Below, one piece after another: positions 48,732 through 61,878 of a stretch of DNA of 64,000 nt; within the stretch, counting starts at the first letter, position 1; each line of letters begins with the position of its first letter. The notes below the pieces were generated by a model. That model saw only the letters and a program-made list of their open reading frames with translations. It was not told the origin of the DNA and did no database searches. This DNA comes from Candidatus Sericytochromatia bacterium (GTDB lineage Bacteria; Cyanobacteriota; Sericytochromatia; S15B-MN24; JAQBPE01), in assembly GCA_040400605.1 (NCBI GenBank), contig JBBAPZ010000002.1, positions 97,576-161,575 of the forward strand. The letters are read 5' to 3'. A program made the translations under genes and the position numbers.

Positions 48732-49706
48732 TTGAATCGACGTCATTTTTTGGCTAGTTTGGGTTTGTGTGGGTTGTCGGGTCCATTGATGGGGGCCTTG
48801 GCTGAACCGGCGCGTGGGGAAAATCTGCTTCGGTTTGCTCACATCACGGATTTGCACATGACCAGTCGGGAGCAGGGGCGGTATCCGGGAGCTCACCGTC
48901 ATGTGGCCTTGCTGGTTGATCAATTGAATGAGGAGGCTTTGGATTTTGTTCTGTTCACGGGGGATATGATTCACTTCGTGTCGGATCTCGATACGGAACT
49001 GGGTGCATTGCGCGCTGCGCTTGGTCGTTTGAAGCATCCTTACTATTGTGCATTTGGCAATCACGATGTCGAAGGTCCGTCCTTGAAGGCGCGCAAACGT
49101 TGGTGGATGGAGCGATTGGGCGATTCGGGTCTTGCCTTGGGCGATGCCAGCTATAGCATTGCGCTGCCCGGGGGGGTGCGTTTGGTTGTGTTGGATACCA
49201 CGGATGTGGATGGCAACGCTTACCATACTTGGCAGGGTTGTCTTGGCGATCGCCAACTGGCCTGGTTGAAACAGTGTTTGCGCTCGGCGCGGGATGAAAC
49301 GATTTTTCTCGCGTTGCATCATCCGCCGACCGTTCCGTGGCCCGGAATGGATGCTTTGGCGATGGAGACGCGATCCGCGCAGGCTTTGGCCGGCATTCTC
49401 CGGGAGCACGCCACGGTGCAGGTGATCCTGGGCGGACATTATCACATCGGTCTAAGCCGCGAGTGGTGCTCTGCGACTTTATTGTGCGGTCCTTCACTCG
49501 TTGAGCATCCGCACGCCTGGCGCTTGCTCACCGTTGAACGACTCGGTGCCAGAGCGGGGTTGGTGCGCCATGAATGGCGTTACCTGCCCATGGACCCCGA
49601 CCATCACCTCGCGTGCGCCATCGGCCCTGCCGGCTGGCGGGGATGGGGCCTGCACGCACTGTCTCAGGTGGCAGAAAGCCATTGTTTTATCACTTTGCCA
49701 AACTGA
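48732..49706 (+). CDS. Tat-exported metallophosphoesterase
   Basis: NRRHFL signal; TDLH, TGD, GNHD, HHP, GHYH. Confidence 0.88.
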   Translation: MNRRHFLASLGLCGLSGPLMGALAEPARGENLLRFAHITDLHMTSREQGRYPGAHRHVALLVDQLNEEALDFVLFTGDMIHFVSDLDTELGALRAALGRLKHPYYCAFGNHDVEGPSLKARKRWWMERLGDSGLALGDASYSIALPGGVRLVVLDTTDVDGNAYHTWQGCLGDRQLAWLKQCLRSARDETIFLALHHPPTVPWPGMDALAMETRSAQALAGILREHATVQVILGGHYHIGLSREWCSATLLCGPSLVEHPHAWRLLTVERLGARAGLVRHEWRYLPMDPDHHLACAIGPAGWRGWGLHALSQVAESHCFITLPN

Positions 49707-49784
49707 GCGCTTCTCCATCACCGAAAAGCCGATATCGGCTGACAAGTGGTATAAGCGTAGGTGGAGGAGTCGTGTGTGCAAAGT

Positions 49785-51257
49785 ATGGAACACAGCTTGA
49801 CCGTATCCGCCTCAAGCGCTGAGGTGGCTGCCTGGTGGCAGGAAGTCCCCAATTGGTCCGTGGCATTGCCCATGTTGGGTGACGTGTCACATTCGGCCGC
49901 GACGGGATGGCATTGTCGTTCGGCCCAGGTTTTGCTTCATGATGAACCGGGTGATTGGCAGCCTTTGCAGGTCACGTTGGGCGTTTACAGTGTCCAGTTC
50001 GAGTGGCGGCAACGGCAGGAAACGTGTTCGGTGAGGGCACACTGGCAGCCATTGGATGAGGCGCATACCCGGGTAACAGTTAAGTGGTGTTTGCCGAATT
50101 CGGTTTCGAATCCAGGCTTGGCATCCTTGTGGGAGCAGGGCATGTGGCAGATGCGTGACCAGTTGGTAGGCAAGCGTGGTCCGCAGCCTTATGTCGACCT
50201 GTTTTACCGGTCGATGGCTGCAACGGCCGGTGTTGCGGTAACGCTGGGTCTTGTGTGGAGTTTGGTTGCGTTGATCGAGGTGTGGGTCATTGCTGTCGGC
50301 GCATTGATGGTTGGCGCGACGCTATCGCCGACGGTTACGTGGTTGGAGCGGCACGGAATTCGGAAGGTTTGGGCGGTCAGCGCCATTGTGACAGGGGTGC
50401 TGCTGGTCGGCGCTGCGCTTGGAACCTTGCTGTTGCCGACCATTTTGTTGCAAGGCCAGGAGTTTGCGGCAGCGCTGCCGTCTTACATCGATAACCTCTC
50501 GCCATTGCTGGAACGTCTGCACAAGCGTTATCCGATGCTGCCGAATGGTGCCAAATTGATGGAGACCTTGGCAAGTCAGGTGTCGCCGCTGTTCACGAAC
50601 CTTTTTTCGATGACGGGGCGTTTGGTTTGGTATTTGGTGGTTGGCCTATCCATTCTTTTTTTGGGCTTTTTTGCATTGATTGATGGCCATCGCATCAAGG
50701 CGACCATGGTGCGGGTGAGCCCATATCGTGCGCGGGGCGCGATGTTGACCTGGCTTGACATGCTGGAGTGGCGTGTCGGACGTTACATGGCCGGTTTGGT
50801 TGGCATTTGTGGGTTGGCGGGCACGTTGACTTGGGCGACCATGTGGGGACTGGGCGTTCCGGACGCATTATTGATTGGCGCCGTCACTGCTTTGCTGCAG
50901 GGGATTCCACTGGTTGGACCGTTGATTGCGGCTGCATTGGCCGGATTGTTGGCGCTCTCGGTGTCGACTAAACTGGCCTTGTGGGCACTGTTTGGTTTTG
51001 CGGTGATTCAGCAGTTGATCGGCCAATGGTTGTTCCCGTGGCTGATGGGCAGAAGCATCGGGATGCATCCTGCTTGGGTCGCGTTGGTGCTTTTGGTTGG
51101 TGCAACCCTGTATGGACTGACCGGTGCGTTTTTGGCGATTCCGGTTGCGATTGCGTTGTCGAGTGTCGTGGAGTGTTTTGAGATTCCGTGGACCCGCGGA
51201 TGGCATGGGTCCAATCGAGAGACCAAGGCCGTTCAGGAACAACTGCCGACTGCTTGA
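49785..51257 (+). CDS. AI-2E family transporter with N-terminal SRPBCC-like domain
   Basis: PerM-type TM pattern (IPLVGP, MGRSIGMHP, GAFLAIP); soluble ~130-aa N-terminus. Confidence 0.8.
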   Translation: MEHSLTVSASSAEVAAWWQEVPNWSVALPMLGDVSHSAATGWHCRSAQVLLHDEPGDWQPLQVTLGVYSVQFEWRQRQETCSVRAHWQPLDEAHTRVTVKWCLPNSVSNPGLASLWEQGMWQMRDQLVGKRGPQPYVDLFYRSMAATAGVAVTLGLVWSLVALIEVWVIAVGALMVGATLSPTVTWLERHGIRKVWAVSAIVTGVLLVGAALGTLLLPTILLQGQEFAAALPSYIDNLSPLLERLHKRYPMLPNGAKLMETLASQVSPLFTNLFSMTGRLVWYLVVGLSILFLGFFALIDGHRIKATMVRVSPYRARGAMLTWLDMLEWRVGRYMAGLVGICGLAGTLTWATMWGLGVPDALLIGAVTALLQGIPLVGPLIAAALAGLLALSVSTKLALWALFGFAVIQQLIGQWLFPWLMGRSIGMHPAWVALVLLVGATLYGLTGAFLAIPVAIALSSVVECFEIPWTRGWHGSNRETKAVQEQLPTA

Positions 51258-53587
51258 TCCTGTCTCGTCGTTGCTTGGGCATCGACGTGTGGAACAATTT
51301 GGGGCCACCAGTTCCAGCGACCCAGCAGGGCCATGAAGCTTGGAACCATAATGAGCCGAATGACGAGTGCATCAAGAAAAACCGCCACCGCCAGACCAAA
51401 GCCGATCATCTTGGTCAATACCCCGTCTGCCGCGACAAACGCCCCAAACACCAGCAACATGATCAAAGCGGCGTTGGTGATGATGCCTCCTGTGACGGCC
51501 AAGCCACGTGCCACCGCCTGTTTTGTGTCACCACAGCGGTAATACTCTTCCTGGATGCGCGACAGCAGAAACACTTCATAATCCATGGACAGACCAAAGA
51601 CGCAGCAAAAAACAATCATGGGGACGAACACCTGGATGATACCGGGGGCTTCGCTGAATCCAATCCACGAGGCGAAGTAGCCATGTTGAAAAACCAAAAT
51701 CAGCATGCCAAAGCTCGCGGTGACTGACAGTGCGTTCATGAGTAATGCCTTGATGGGTAAAACGAGTGATCGGAAAGACAAGAACAAGACGATTGCAGTC
51801 ACGCTGAAAACCAACCCGACGACTTTGGCAATGTTGGATAGGATGGCGTGCTCAAAGTCGTTGTTGACGGGTAACGGACCGCCGATTTCAACGGTCAGAT
51901 TTTGAAAGCCGGCTCGTTGCGACCAGTCACGGCTTTGCAACTCGCGGATGTAGGCCTTGATTGCCACGAAATCCGACTCGGTATGCGGAATCGCCTGAAC
52001 GACTGTACTTTTTCCATCTTCGCTGATTAATAAACTGGCTGACTCGGGAAACCGTGCGCGTAAACGGCTGACATCTCCCCGGAAAAACAGGTTGTTCAAT
52101 AAAATCAGACGTGGGGCATTTTCGACGATGGAATGCACTTCAGCAATGCGCGGCGATGCTTTTAACTCACCGACCAAACCGGCCAAGGCTTTTAGACTCT
52201 CCGGCGCGATGATCAATTGGCCATCCTGCCTTTTGATAACAAGGTTGATCGGATAAAGGCGACCCGCTTGACGCATGTTTTCCAGCTCAAGCAGACCCAA
52301 ACCGCTTGGCATGCCTGTTGGCAAGAATCGGCTTGAAAACTGACCGAACTGCACCGTGGCGACCGGAAGTGACATGGCTAGCATCAAAAGCGTGCCAGCA
52401 CTCAAAAATACAACCGGACGACGCATCACCACTTGGGTCCATCGAAACCACAAGGCGGCGGATGGAATGCGATCCACCCAGCGCGAAACGCCACTTGGCC
52501 AATCTACGCGAGACCCGATGACAGCCAGTACCGCCGGTAAAAACGTCAAAGTCAATAAAACGGTCGCCAAAACCGTCAGCGAACCGGCCATCGCCAAGGA
52601 CGTCGTGTCAATCAAACCTGGGAAAAACAGTGCCAGAAAACTGATCATAACCGTCAAGCCGGAATAGACCACCGCCTGTCCCGAGGTGGACACCGTCTCC
52701 GCCACCGCATCCGCCACGGCCACGCCGCGCTTGAGAGCCTCCCTGAAACGGCTGACCATAATCAACGCATAGTCGATGCCGATGCCGAGTCCCACCATGG
52801 ACGAAATGTTCTGCGCCATCACGGATAGGTTCATCACGTGGCCAAAACAATAAAGCAAGGCGAGGGTCGTCAATGACGCGAAGGCACCAACCAATACAGG
52901 AATGCCCGCCGCTGCCAATGCCCCGAACGCTACCAGCAAGAAAAGCAACGCAACGGGCAAAATGCGCCTTTCCGCAATCGCCGTATCACGCGCGATTGAC
53001 CGGGTTGCATCAAAGCCAATCGCAATCTCACCCGTCACAAAGACCCGCAGGTCGGGTATCTGCTTTTGCGCCGCATCAATCACCGGTTGCAAGGACTGAC
53101 GCAGCCGTGGCACCATTTGTTCCGCATCACGGTTGTTCCTGGCGTCCAAACCGACAACGAAAAACGTGCGGTGGCCGTCCGCTGCGAGCAACGCCGGATT
53201 GGGAACATCCAGATATGAGAATGATCGATTGACGTACGGCGTTGCCACAGCCGCCGCCTGCAACCGTTTCAATGTCTCCTGGTACTGCCCGTCCGAAAAA
53301 CGATGCTGATCGCTTGCCATCGTGACAAGTAAATTGAACTGGTAAGGATTGCTGAATTCCGTTCGCAGCATCTGCGCGGCCCGTTCGGAAGAGCTTGCGG
53401 GAATGTCCGCTGCGCCGCCTTTTAATACGCGTGGTGCGCGGGCCGCAAGAAAAATGACCCCGACCATGACCACTGCCCAGACAAGAAGCACCGCCAACCG
53501 ATGCTTCACAATCCAATAACCGAATGCACGGAACCGCAAAGTGGACTGAGTCAATTCACACATCCCGCGAAAGCCGGGCTTTCGCAA
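51233..53587 (-). CDS. MMPL (RND) family transporter
   Basis: GIGIDYAL..SRFRE, FGLSMDYEVFLLSRI.E, LG.WNWW. Confidence 0.93.
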   Translation of the reverse strand: MRKPGFRGMCELTQSTLRFRAFGYWIVKHRLAVLLVWAVVMVGVIFLAARAPRVLKGGAADIPASSSERAAQMLRTEFSNPYQFNLLVTMASDQHRFSDGQYQETLKRLQAAAVATPYVNRSFSYLDVPNPALLAADGHRTFFVVGLDARNNRDAEQMVPRLRQSLQPVIDAAQKQIPDLRVFVTGEIAIGFDATRSIARDTAIAERRILPVALLFLLVAFGALAAAGIPVLVGAFASLTTLALLYCFGHVMNLSVMAQNISSMVGLGIGIDYALIMVSRFREALKRGVAVADAVAETVSTSGQAVVYSGLTVMISFLALFFPGLIDTTSLAMAGSLTVLATVLLTLTFLPAVLAVIGSRVDWPSGVSRWVDRIPSAALWFRWTQVVMRRPVVFLSAGTLLMLAMSLPVATVQFGQFSSRFLPTGMPSGLGLLELENMRQAGRLYPINLVIKRQDGQLIIAPESLKALAGLVGELKASPRIAEVHSIVENAPRLILLNNLFFRGDVSRLRARFPESASLLISEDGKSTVVQAIPHTESDFVAIKAYIRELQSRDWSQRAGFQNLTVEIGGPLPVNNDFEHAILSNIAKVVGLVFSVTAIVLFLSFRSLVLPIKALLMNALSVTASFGMLILVFQHGYFASWIGFSEAPGIIQVFVPMIVFCCVFGLSMDYEVFLLSRIQEEYYRCGDTKQAVARGLAVTGGIITNAALIMLLVFGAFVAADGVLTKMIGFGLAVAVFLDALVIRLIMVPSFMALLGRWNWWPQIVPHVDAQATTRQDQAVGSCS

Positions 53588-53748
53588 TCCTCGTTGGTCT
53601 GCGATAAAAGAAACACCATGCTACCATAACAGTTCGCAAATCGACCCCAAGATTGGTCTGAATGGCGAGCGCAAAGTACGAAACCGCCTCTCGGTTCCCG
53701 CGACGACGATGGCACCGTGGTGTCGTTTCGCTCATCAAGCGCGTGGCG

Positions 53749-54471
53749 TCACGGTTCTGAATCCGCTCCCAACACGCGCGCCACGTAGTGCCGCGTCTCG
53801 GCAAATGGCGGGATGCCCCCATAGTGCGACACCTGGCTCGGACCCGCATTATAAGCCGCGACAGCCAGCGGCAGATCACCATCGAAGCGCGCCAACATCT
53901 GCTTCAGGTACCGCGCTCCCCCTGCCAGGTTTTGAGCCGGGTCAAAGGCATCGACCACGCCCAATTCACGTGCGGTTGCGGGCATGAGCTGCATAAGGCC
54001 CAAAGCGCCTGCCGGGGAGCGTGCGAAGGGGTTGCCGCCGGATTCTTGCGCCACGACGCGCTCAAGCAAATGGGCATCCACACCGTGTTGGGCACTCACC
54101 TCGTTGATCAGCGATCGCCAGCGTGCAACACCTTGAACGGCATCATCTGATGACGGTGCCGCCAGAACACTTTGCGCCGGTTGCTCGGCACCCGCGGTCC
54201 GTTCAACGGCATCAACGGGCGTGGGATTGGGTATGCGCAGACCCCATACAGGCCCTATCGCCCCATATTGGGCGGGCAGCGCCGCTTGGGACACACCCAC
54301 TGAATCCGCGCCTGGTGGCTTGCCCATCGCTTGTCTCAACGCATCCTCGAAGCGCTGCGTCATCTGCCCGGCCACTGCGTCGAACGCGTCTGAGACCGCT
54401 TCAAGTTCACGCGACACCTGGTCGAGGCGAGGCGCCTGCAGCGACTTCTGAGGGATCAAATACGGATTCAT
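53749..54471 (-). CDS. Lytic transglycosylase (SLT domain)
   Basis: QESGGNP, GLMQLMP.TA, AAYNAGP, ETR.YV. Confidence 0.92.
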   Translation of the reverse strand: MNPYLIPQKSLQAPRLDQVSRELEAVSDAFDAVAGQMTQRFEDALRQAMGKPPGADSVGVSQAALPAQYGAIGPVWGLRIPNPTPVDAVERTAGAEQPAQSVLAAPSSDDAVQGVARWRSLINEVSAQHGVDAHLLERVVAQESGGNPFARSPAGALGLMQLMPATARELGVVDAFDPAQNLAGGARYLKQMLARFDGDLPLAVAAYNAGPSQVSHYGGIPPFAETRHYVARVLGADSEP

Positions 54472-54592
54472 CCAAGCCTCCACACCCGCCATCATACACT
54501 GTGACCGGGAACCCGCACAGTCTCGATGGAATCCTGACTTGAGCCCCAGCATCCACAGAACTGGTGGTTGGCACTGGTGATGCCATTTTGCC

Positions 54593-55249
54593 TCACTTCA
54601 GCAAGTCGTCCACCGATTCGTACAGACTGACGGAACGTTGCAAGGATGCCAACGCGCGGTCCTTGTATCCCTGGGCGAGATAGGTGCGCGCAAGCATCGC
54701 ATGCCCTTGGGGTGTGTCTGCACCCTGTAAATGCTTCAAACAATAATCCACGGAACGGTCGTACCAGCGCATCGCATACGTGGCCTGCGCCAAATCATAG
54801 TACACACCATTGAGCGCCCGACCCGTGTTCATCCGGATGACCCCCTCCAACACCCAAATGGCTTCTGCATGCCTTCCCTGCCGCAAGAGCGCGTGGCCCC
54901 ACAGAATGTTTACATCCGGATTGCGTGGATCCAACCGCGCCGCCTTCTCCGCCGTCTGGGCCGCCTGCGCCCAGCGCCTCAAGCGCTGATACAACTGCGC
55001 CAGCCGATAATGGGGTTCGACCTGACCCGGGTCAGACTGAATCAACATCTGGTATTCGGCGATCGCCGACTCCCACTGCGCCTCATTGACCAACTGTGCC
55101 GCCCGCTCAAACCGGTCCAACGCCTTCGGCACCGTCCGAGACCCACGCGGGGGTTCCACCCACTCCTCGGCCCACACCCGCAACGAGCCACACACACCCA
55201 ACCAAAAACAAAGCCCCATTGCGACCAATGAATACAAGCGTCTCATCAT
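54593..55249 (-). CDS. Secreted TPR protein
   Basis: Signal peptide; tandem TPR helices. Confidence 0.8.
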   Translation of the reverse strand: MMRRLYSLVAMGLCFWLGVCGSLRVWAEEWVEPPRGSRTVPKALDRFERAAQLVNEAQWESAIAEYQMLIQSDPGQVEPHYRLAQLYQRLRRWAQAAQTAEKAARLDPRNPDVNILWGHALLRQGRHAEAIWVLEGVIRMNTGRALNGVYYDLAQATYAMRWYDRSVDYCLKHLQGADTPQGHAMLARTYLAQGYKDRALASLQRSVSLYESVDDLLK

Positions 55250-55526
55250 GACCCCACACAAACATACGTCACACAACACTGTCAGGCATGCATGTCACAT
55301 TCCCCAACGGCGCCGAGTAAGCCGACAGCACCAGGCTTCACGCACCACATGCCGACAGCAGGCGTCAACGATTTAACGCTGAACGGTCGGCGCGCTGATC
55401 CGAATTCTGCGCTTACTGCTCCAATCTTAAAAAGCTGAGATTACCGAAACTTAAGTGATTATTATTGATTAATTAAGAACAAAATGCCGTTTGGATCACG
55501 ATAACCAAACCGAGATGGGGACGACG

Positions 55527-56618
55527 ATGTCAACGATACGCAGGGATAAGCCGACGCCACCAACGGCTAGACAGGCTCAGCCTAAGGCGGGTACGCCCGA
55601 AATGGGAGAGGCGGCTGCCGATTGGCTGGTTTCGCGCATTGCTGCCGATCCCGGTACCGGTGGGACCGTCGTGAATGTAGCGGGCGCCATCGGCAGTGTC
55701 AAGGCCGGGGATGCCTACGGCACGGCTTTGGCGGCCAGGGATGTGATGACCAGGGTTGCGCCGACACTTTCCAAAACGGTTGTGGGGGTGGGCTTGGATG
55801 CTGTTGTCTTGACCAGCGGTGTCCGTCGTTTAGGGCAGAAGCAGGCCAACGTTGAAAAGGGTCTTCAACAGTTGGCCAAGCCATCCCAAAACCGTTGGCA
55901 AGGCTTGTATACGATTAGTTTGGCAGGTCAGCAGTGGGCGTTGATGGGGCGGGCGTTGGTCAATGCGCTTGTGCGACTTACTACGTGGATGCTGAAGGGA
56001 TTGAGCGGCTTGCCTTGGGTGGGGCCGTTTGCGCTGGTAGGGTTGCAACAGATTGCGCGGGTTTCGGGTTCGCCGGTCGGGCAGGTGCTGAAGCAGCTCA
56101 ACCGGTGGATTCCGCTGTTGAATGTGGCGTTTGTGGTGCTGGCGGCTCGTACGGCAGTGCAGGTGTGCCGCGATCCGAATAGTTCGGCTGGCACGAAGGC
56201 GCTTGCAATCGCCAGTGTGGGCATGGGTGTCGGGGTGGTCGCAGGCGGCTTTTTATTGACTGGTTGGAAACTGATCGGTCTGATTGTCGCGAGTTTGGTC
56301 TTTGACGCGTTTCTGGCCAATGGTCGCGCACAGGACCGTCGGCGCGCGGACGCCGAGGCATCGACAAAGAACAGTTTGATGGATCCCCCTCAGGGCTTTA
56401 AGGTGGCGAAACAATTGGCTGTTGCAACAACGAACCACGTTCAGGAGAATGTACAAGAGGCGGTTACCAAACTCTTGGACAAAGATGCCGCAACGCCTGC
56501 TGCCAAGCCTGCACCTGGCGTCAAGACGGCTGGTGGGCAGCCTGCGCAAGCGCCTGAGCCATCCAGGAATTCACGACGGCCTGACGCGGCTAGGCCCCGC
56601 GCTCAATCGACCAGGTAG
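55527..56618 (+). CDS. Hypothetical membrane protein
   Basis: Long ORF with hydrophobic helices; 3' end overlaps era. Confidence 0.65.
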   Translation: MSTIRRDKPTPPTARQAQPKAGTPEMGEAAADWLVSRIAADPGTGGTVVNVAGAIGSVKAGDAYGTALAARDVMTRVAPTLSKTVVGVGLDAVVLTSGVRRLGQKQANVEKGLQQLAKPSQNRWQGLYTISLAGQQWALMGRALVNALVRLTTWMLKGLSGLPWVGPFALVGLQQIARVSGSPVGQVLKQLNRWIPLLNVAFVVLAARTAVQVCRDPNSSAGTKALAIASVGMGVGVVAGGFLLTGWKLIGLIVASLVFDAFLANGRAQDRRRADAEASTKNSLMDPPQGFKVAKQLAVATTNHVQENVQEAVTKLLDKDAATPAAKPAPGVKTAGGQPAQAPEPSRNSRRPDAARPRAQSTR

Positions 56619-57501
56619 CCCAGTCTTTTGAGACTGTTTTTGTCCTTGCGCCAGTTTTTGAGCACTTTGACCCACAACTCGAGGAAAACCGGTGCCTGAA
56701 GTTGTTGTTCAATCTGCAGGCGTGCGCCCTGACCAACCGCTTTGAGGCGGCTGCCACCTTCGCCGATGACGATGCCTTTTTGGCTGTCGCGTTCCACGAA
56801 AATGGTGGCTTGAATGTGCACGGGGCTGCGGGATTCATCGAAGGTGTCGATACGCACCGCAACGGCATGGGGAATCTCATCGCTGGTGGTGCGCAGGATC
56901 TGTTCGCGAATCAATTCCCCGGCGATGCTGCGCAGGCTTTGGTCGGTCGGGACGTCTTCATCGTAGTAGTGCGGGCCTGGTGGTAAAAGGTCCGTGATTT
57001 TTTTCAACAAGGTAGCGGTGTTGCGGCCGGTGCGCGCCGAGAGTGGCACGACTGCTGCAAAGGGCGCAAGGGCGCGATAACTGGCAAATATCGCTTCGGG
57101 CACCTGTTTGAGGCGATCGACTTTGTTGAGCACCAAAATGGTGGGTTTTGGGCTTTGGTTGAGCAAATCGGCGACAAATTGATCACCGCGACCGGCTGGT
57201 TCCTGACAGTCGACCAGCAAAATCCGGACATCGACGTGAGCCAGGCTATCGACGGCCGCTTTGACAATCTGCTCGCCGAGCAAATGATGGGGCTTGTGAA
57301 TGCCGGGGGTGTCCACGAACACCATTTGCACGTCAGGACGAGTGATGACGCCTTGCAATGTGTGGCGGGTGGTTTGCGGTTTGTCACTCACAATCGCGAT
57401 TTTTTGACCGACGAGGCGATTAAGGAGGGTGGATTTACCGACATTTGGGCGTCCGACGATCGCAACGAAGCCGGAACGAAAGGGCTCCTGTTTTGCCTTG
57501 C

Positions 57502-57505
<4 letters not shown>
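56603..57505 (-). CDS. era: GTPase Era
   Basis: GRPNVGKS, PQTTR, DTPG, NKVD, KH domain QKGIVIG. Confidence 0.97.
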
Positions 57506-59597
<2,092 letters not shown>

Positions 59598-59699
59598 TTA
59601 CCGACGAGACACTCATACCACGAATTGCCCGGCTTTGCACCGAGTCAACGCAAGACTTGCGACGCGACAACAACGTTTTGACGATCGCTTCCGCCTCGA

Positions 59700-61025
59700 T
59701 TACGCCTGAGCGCCATCGTTCAGACTGGGAGCCAGTTCCGGGTTCAACGGGGCCGTGTTGCGCCGCCAAATGCGAATGCGGGCCGCGTGACGGTTATCCA
59801 CCCGTTCGATGCGCAAGCGTACCCCATCATGCGTCACTTCCTCCCCCATCACCGGCGCGCGGCCCAACAAGCCAACCACAAATCCACCAATGGTATCGAA
59901 ATCGGTCTGCGGGAGTTTCACGCCCAACGCATTGAAGACATCATCCATATTTGCCACACCATCCACCACGAGTGTCCCGTCTGGCTGCGCCTCGATTTCA
60001 AGCTCTTCTTCCGCATCGTATTCGTCGTGAATCTCACCCACGATTTCTTCAAGGATATCTTCGATCGTCACCAGTCCCGCCGTGCCTCCGAACTCGTCCA
60101 ACACAATGGCGAGGTGCACCTTGGCGGAACGCATTTCCTTGAGCATTTCATCCACTTTCTTCGTCTCGGGCACGTGATATGCCGGTCGAATGAGGTCAGA
60201 TGGAATCCGCTCGGGACGATAATTACCCTGTAAAATTCCCAGCATGTCCTTGACGTACACCAGGCCTACGATGTTATCGCTTGAATCCTGATAAACAGGA
60301 ATCCGTGAGTGGCCCTCCACAATCGCGATGCGCACCGCTTCATCAAACGAAGCTTCAACTGGCAAACAAACCATTCGGATGCGCGGCACCATCACTTCAC
60401 GCGCCAAGGTCTCTCCCAAGCCGATGACGGACTGAATCATCTCCGTCTCAGACTGCTCCAACTGATTCGTAAAGCCCATGTCAGCCAACGCCTGCGTGAG
60501 CGCCGGATCAGGCACCACAGGCAGACGCATTTCTAAATCACCTTTCAGCCAAACTGCACGCATCAGCATACGGCCGACTCCCAACAACACTGATACCGGC
60601 CAGGACAACCCCGTCATTAACACCCGCAACATCCAAGACATCCGGTACAGCGTCGCCTCAGGCGCCAGCGCTGCCCAAGCGGTCGGCAAAATCCGCACCA
60701 ACAGTGCCAGCCCCACGACCGCCAAAACAGCCAAGACAAGCGCCAGCCAATGGGTCGTCACCCCCGGCCCACTCTCGTACCACCAAGCAGCGACCACTTG
60801 GCTTAACACGACCCACGCGCTCATCTCCGTCAGCCAGAGACTGACCGCCAGTTTTTCACGCTGTTCCACCAGTGAGCGCACGAGGCGCGCTGCGGATAGT
60901 CCCCCTTCTGCCGAAGCTTGAAGCTGCGCCTGATTAACCGCGACCAGCGCCGCCTTGGTGGCGGCAAGCGCCGCCAGAACAATCAAACAGACTACCATCA
61001 CCATGAAACAGGTACCGCCATCCAT
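59700..61025 (-). CDS. HlyC/CorC (CNNM-CBS) family protein
   Basis: TM domain, EVMVPR, HSRIPV, DEFGGT.GLVT.ED..EEIVGEI.DE. Confidence 0.92.
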   Translation of the reverse strand: MDGGTCFMVMVVCLIVLAALAATKAALVAVNQAQLQASAEGGLSAARLVRSLVEQREKLAVSLWLTEMSAWVVLSQVVAAWWYESGPGVTTHWLALVLAVLAVVGLALLVRILPTAWAALAPEATLYRMSWMLRVLMTGLSWPVSVLLGVGRMLMRAVWLKGDLEMRLPVVPDPALTQALADMGFTNQLEQSETEMIQSVIGLGETLAREVMVPRIRMVCLPVEASFDEAVRIAIVEGHSRIPVYQDSSDNIVGLVYVKDMLGILQGNYRPERIPSDLIRPAYHVPETKKVDEMLKEMRSAKVHLAIVLDEFGGTAGLVTIEDILEEIVGEIHDEYDAEEELEIEAQPDGTLVVDGVANMDDVFNALGVKLPQTDFDTIGGFVVGLLGRAPVMGEEVTHDGVRLRIERVDNRHAARIRIWRRNTAPLNPELAPSLNDGAQA

Positions 61026-61878
61026 CGAATTGACGGCCTCACTGGCAGGGTCAGGAATGACAGTCTCCTTTCGCACGCGCGCAACACGCTACGCGCCAAC
61101 TCAATAAACATTGTCGTTATTATACCACACGCATTCAGCAGATAAGGGGGTGATCGCGGAAACCCTTCGATTGACCGCTCAGACTGACTGATTCCGACAC
61201 CATCACAACGCCAAAAGACCACGCAATGGTGGCACCGAACGCAGAATATTAAAAAGATCCATTAAACAATCAGTGATGCTGATGCTTGGGTGATCGCGCG
61301 TGCAGGAGAGCCTCGTGGCACTGTTTGAGAATAACCCCGACAATCTGTTGCCTGAAGGCACGTGATATCTCTGTCTTGATCTTAGTGTCAGGTATCCGCC
61401 AGTCACGTTTTACCATCGGGGCGAACAGCAATGGGCATTGTGCGAACGCACGGTTGATGGCGATCGTGATCTGAACACGTCTGTCCTGATAAACACGAGA
61501 GGCATACCCGGAAACTCACGATTTGCGGTGCGGCTGCACGTTCCGTGTTTCCCAATCGTTCACCGCAACCCGATTGGCCCCTCAGCCAAAACACCGGGGA
61601 GCCTGTCACACGGTTGCCATTATTCGTTTCGTCGAGTCACGAATCCACTCTGCCTGACAGCTGCCAATGTCGTGAATCGCTATCAGAGCGAAAGATTTGG
61701 CGTGGCGCCCTGTGGATGGTCGCGTTAACTACCCTTTTTTAATGTTTATTTAAATATTTTTAACGCAAGATGTACGACTTGATGACGTATATAAAGCTCG
61801 TCAAGGTTGGGTACACGGTCTTTCGGTTGGCGAGTAACCCGTAGGACCCGTGATTCAGAGAGAATAAGGAGAAACCTC

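Noticed and set aside
50095..50120. tRNA T-loop-like GTTTCGAATCC
   Set aside because: Inside a CDS with no cloverleaf context
61076..61807. Loose direct repeat (CGTGAT..TCTGTCYTGAT..AGGYAT) and TTAA-spaced boxes
   Set aside because: Only two weak copies with variable spacing; not distinguishable from chance by eye
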